DNA from: Octopus vulgaris
Lineage: Eukaryota
Direction: 5' to 3'
Length of the DNA: 64,000 nucleotides
Assembly: GCA_951406725.2 (NCBI GenBank)
Contig: OX597825.1
Coordinates: 72,602,001 to 72,666,000, forward strand
Shown: piece after piece, positions 58,861 through 64,000 of the stretch
Position numbering within the stretch: position 1 is the first letter of the stretch
Layout of the letters: each line of letters opens with the position of its first letter
Notes under the pieces: generated by a model
The model's input: only the letters and a program-made list of their open reading frames with translations
Told to the model about the DNA's origin: nothing
The model's database searches: none
Made by a program: the position numbers and the translations under genes

Positions 58861-58863
<3 letters not shown>
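58734..58863. mobile_element. 130-bp Tc1-like MITE inserted in (TA)n
   Basis: TIRs CAGGGTGTCCCAAAAAATGTATA / TATACATTTCTTTGGGACACCCTG, with TA on both sides. Confidence 0.85.
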
Positions 58864-58926
<63 letters not shown>

Positions 58927-59289
58927 TATAATGTGCAGTGGTTGATTTCCTCCACTGAACTGTTCATGGCCGCACTCCAATGACTGAAGCAAGTACATGA
59001 TAAAAGGTAAAAGAGCTGAAGAAAAATAAGACGGCAGAAACATTATTCTAATGTAACTCCTTTGGCAGACAATAACAAGTTACGTCTGAAAATTCGGGTG
59101 TGTTGGAGTGTTTTTCTGTTTTGCTTGTTTTTAATGGCTTTTAAATTAAAAGTAAAACATTTTAAAATGAATTCTTTCAACTTCACATTTGTAAATCAAG
59201 CCCGTTTTTTAAAAATTCAAATCCATTATAAATTTATTATAAATTTATTTTTACTCTTTTTACATTTTACCTTGGTTTGGTTATCGTTA

Positions 59290-59322
59290 ACATCATTATG
59301 ATCATCACTTTTATTATTATTA

Positions 59323-59377
<55 letters not shown>

Positions 59378-59489
59378 CATCATTATCCTTATTGTCATTA
59401 TCATCATCATCATTATTATTATTATTATCATTATCATCATTATTATTATTATTATTAATATTATTATTATTATTATTATCATTATTATT

Positions 59490-59539
<50 letters not shown>

Positions 59540-59550
59540 TATCATCATCA

Positions 59551-59608
<58 letters not shown>

Positions 59609-59660
59609 CATTACTATGGTTATTATTGTTTTTATTGTTGTTATTATTATTATTATTATT
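59290..59660. repeat. (ATT/ATC)n trinucleotide repeat
   Basis: Direct inspection. Confidence 0.95.
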
Positions 59661-60337
59661 TGCAATCGTATTAACATTTTTCTATGAAATTAACGAAAAA
59701 ATATAATAGTACATTTAACAAAACCCAGATGTTTCATTCGGCGTTAGATATAATTACATTTCTTTCCGCAGAGAAATATCAAATGTGATCACGTCTTTAA
59801 AACGTTCTATATTTTTTTTATCAATTTGTACTAAAACCAAAAACAGAAAAACACCAGAAAACTATTATGTTCCCGCCATATTCTATTCAAATTGAGCTCC
59901 ACGAAGGCATACTAATCTTGGATGACATAATGTGTTTTAGCCAAACAGATTCAGGAATCAAGCTGTCTGTTTGCAAGAACACTTTTTTGTTTCAATTATT
60001 CTATAATTGCTAAGATACTGTGTACACTTTTTACATATTCTTCCCAACTGACGTTGCTTTTCATCCTTTCGAGATCGATAAATTAAGAAACACTTGAAAG
60101 TAGGGTTTGATATAATTGATAATGCGCAGGGCGGCGAGCTAGTAGAATCGTTAACGCGTCAGATAAAATGATTAGCAACATTTTGAGTTCAAGTTCTGCC
60201 AAGGTCGACTTTGCATTTCATCCTTTCTGAGTCGATGAAATGAGTACCAGTTGAATACTGAGGTCGATGTAATTAACCAGCTTCTTCCTCAAAAATATGC
60301 AGGCTTTTTGCCTATAGTAGAAAATAAAAATAAATGC

Positions 60338-60582
60338 GTCCTTTTAAAGCCTAGCCAGGCTCATGGGCCCGGTTTCCCGGTCTCAATGACGTATGTGTTC
60401 CCCTGCTGGACAGGACACCAGTCCACCGCAGCGTTACTCATTTTTGGCAGCTGAGTGGACTCGATCAACGTGAAATGAAGTGTTTTGTTCAAGAACACAA
60501 CGCGTCAACCGGTCCAGGAATCGAAACCACAATCTTACGATCATGATGCTGACACCCTAACCACTAAGCCACGTGCCTCCAC
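60338..60582 (-). mobile_element. tRNA-derived SINE, family B
   Basis: Reverse complement of 31940-32170. Confidence 0.85.
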
Positions 60583-60777
60583 CTATATTAGAAAGGATAT
60601 AATGAATTATGCGCAAAGCATGCCAAATGTAATAAAGCCGAAAGTTAGAAATTCTCAATATCACAACCTTTGTCGTTTTGAAAAGAAATTTTTTTTTAAG
60701 CGGGAAAAGGGGTGTCTAATTAACATACAGACCCACAATGGGAAAAAGGGTTAACTGATCAGAAATAACCTCAACCA

Positions 60778-61341
60778 GGGCGGCGAGCTGGCAGAAACGT
60801 TAGCACACCGTTCTGAGTTTAAATTCCACCGAGGTCGACTTTGCCTTTCATCCTTTTAGGATCGATAAATTAAGTACCACTTACGCACTGGGGTCGATAT
60901 AATCGACTTAATCCCTCTGTCTGTCCTTGTTTGTCCTCTCTGTGTTTAGCCCCTTGTGGGTAGTGAAGAAATAGGTATTTCGTTTGTTGTTACGTTCTGA
61001 GTTCCAATTCCGCCGTGGTCGACTTTACCTTTCATCCTTTCGCGGTCGATTAAATAAGGACCAGTTACGCACTAGGGTCGATATAATCGACTTAATCCGT
61101 TTGTCTGTCCCTGTTTGTCCTCTCTGTGTTTAGCCCCTTGCGGGTAGTAAAGAAATAGGTATTTCGTCTGCCGCTACGTTCTGAGTTCAAATTCCGCCGA
61201 GGTCGACTTTACCTTTCATCCTTTCAGGGTCGATAAATTAAGTACCAGTTACGCACTAGGGTCGATATAATCGACTTAATCCCTTTAACTGTCCTTGTTT
61301 GTCCCCTCTATGTTTAGCTTCTTGTGGGCAATAAAGAAATA
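60778..61341 (+). mobile_element. Family C SINE trimer inside a single 17-bp TSD
   Basis: AGAAATAACCTCAACCA (60761-60777) / AGAAATAACTTCAACCA (61342-61358). Confidence 0.9.
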
Positions 61342-61678
61342 AGAAATAACTTCAACCACAGATTGAAACTGCATCGGCGGTTCAGCTTTATAGCCACTCT
61401 GCCATATGCTTCATCCTACGTCTCACTCTTCCCTTTTGATATTATATTAAAATTGCCGGAATTTGTATTATCTAAACGAGCGTATAAACGCGAGCATGTA
61501 AGCAAAATTAACTGCTTTATTAATCGTTATTTTATAATGATCAAAAGATTTAAATGTATCCAAATTAATATTAAGTATCATAATTAAACATTTTCATAAT
61601 GTTATATTCGTATATTAAAATAATTTTTGAGCTGGTGAAAGCACGTATCTATGCAGCATATATATATATATATATATA

Positions 61679-61741
<63 letters not shown>

Positions 61742-61815
61742 TTAAATACATACATGCAACCATACATGCATTTATATATACAGATGTATATATGTATATA
61801 TGTATGTATGTATGT

Positions 61816-61886
<71 letters not shown>

Positions 61887-62204
61887 CTTGAAGTATATAC
61901 TACTACTCGATGGATTCTCTGATTTTATTTATACTGTTATGTATCATGGATATATATTATATATTTTTTATATTATAACGTTATGCATGTATATTATACA
62001 TATGTAGGTGTGTGTGTAGGTGTGTGTGTGTAATTCCGTTCATTATTTTTATGGAATCATATCACCAACGCTTTTTATGCTCTTAATCGCAATTGCTCAC
62101 GTCTCGACATTCGTAAATTTTAACGCTTAATGCTCTTAATACATTATTTCCAATAATCTAATAGATATTTATAATTGATATTGTTATTGTTGTTGTTGCT
62201 GTTG

Positions 62205-62276
<72 letters not shown>

Positions 62277-62689
62277 TCTCTTTTCTTTTTTTTTCTTTTT
62301 GTAATGAGGGCGTTTAAAATATTTTCAGCTTTAGGTTGTTTACATTTTCAGATTCTACTCTCGAAAACAAAAATTCTTTTACCTAAAAGCAAATATGAAC
62401 ATTTCTTTTTACAGACATTATCAACCAGAGAACATTTCTTAATTTTCAAATTTATATTTTCCATCGCTTTTTAAAAAGAATAAATGAAAATATTGATATC
62501 GCCAAAATATCGAAAATATAACACGTCATATTATTGGTTTCTCTGTTTTATTATTTTTTTCGTGTGTGATTTATAACGATATTTCGTCGCTAAAATACAT
62601 ACGCGCGCGTGTACGTGTAACTCATACATACGTGCATGCATACATTCACACACACTCACACTCACACACACACTTACATACACGTGTAT

Positions 62690-63030
<341 letters not shown>

Positions 63031-63489
63031 CGTAAGGGGTTATTTCAAAAGGTTTACTGGTTTGTTCTCAGTTAAATTATTCAGAATAGGTTATTCAACA
63101 GTTAATATATAAATCCAATAATATTCTCATCAGACAAGAATTTAGGGTTGCAATTGCAGTGATTACAAATCGGTGCAGTTGAAACACGTGTAGGTTTATG
63201 TTACCCCATACTACTCATTTTACCAAATAATAGCCCATTAATAATATGGGCTATTATTATAATAATATGGCTATTATTTTATCAAATAATAGCCATATTA
63301 TCAAACAATGGTCAATAATGGGCTCCCACTAAGGAGCCCATTATTGATTTTTATTGAAAGCCAATTAGTCTATAATTGAACTGGATGTTAGTTTAATATG
63401 TATGCAAAGTTTCTTCAAGATTAGTTTACTGGTGTAGGCAGCAAAATGGTAACACATACACACACATACACATATATATATATACATAG

Positions 63490-63586
63490 ATACGACGGGC
63501 TTCTTTCAGTTTCCGTCTACCAAATCCACTCGCAAGGCTTTGGTCGGCCCGAGGCTATAGTAGAAGACACTTGCCCAAGGTGCCAT
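63490..63586 (-). mobile_element. SINE family D fragment
   Basis: CGACGGGCTTCTTTCAGTTTCCGTCTACCAAATCC...ACTTGCCCAAGGTGCCA. Confidence 0.85.
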
Positions 63587-63591
63587 GTGTG

Positions 63592-63663
<72 letters not shown>

Positions 63664-63665
<2 letters not shown>

Positions 63666-63858
63666 TAATCCAGACATGAAAACACAACAGCGCGAGGACG
63701 TGGAACAAGTATAGTATAATTGGACGCTCAGGAAACAAGGAAAGAAGGACGGTTTAACGTTTCGAGCGGAGCTCTTCGTCAGAAACATAGGAAAAGGAAA
63801 GATCCAAAGAAGGGATGACGGAGGAAAAACATCGCCAACGGTACACACGCGATCACAT
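63664..63858 (-). mobile_element. ~200-bp hammerhead-bearing element ending in (TA)n
   Basis: Inverted homolog of 62690-62896. Confidence 0.75.
63752..63786 (-). ncRNA. Minimal type I hammerhead ribozyme
   Basis: Exact reverse complement of 62761-62795, while the flanks differ. Confidence 0.75.
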
Positions 63859-64000
63859 TAAAAAAATATTTATAAAACATATATATATATATATTTGTTT
63901 TATAAATATTTTTTTAATATTCATATGTGTCGATATGTATTAATATATGTATACTCATTATAAGTCGAATTTATAACTGTATGAGTATGATTACCTAAGT

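Overview
AT-rich, microsatellite-saturated eukaryotic DNA, intronic or intergenic. The repeat landscape suggests a cephalopod (octopus-like) genome, which is an inference. I find no convincing host protein-coding exon; nearly all listed ORFs are translations of (TA)n/(TG)n/(GATA)n/(GAAA)n or trinucleotide repeats. Recognisable content: four tRNA-derived SINE families (dozens of copies, several with target-site duplications), three mariner remnants, a maT/DD37D-type remnant, a Tc1-like MITE, a Helitron, a Helentron/HINE-like element, two LINE 3' ends and a 43-bp minisatellite. The most striking signal is at least 11 type I hammerhead ribozyme motifs from about 5-6 sequence families. They sit in short, protein-less elements that mostly abut (TA)n tracts and often carry fold-back (inverted) structures, consistent with non-autonomous Penelope-like or retrozyme-like retroelements. 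They are densest at 52.5-55 kb, in a block of nested palindromes.
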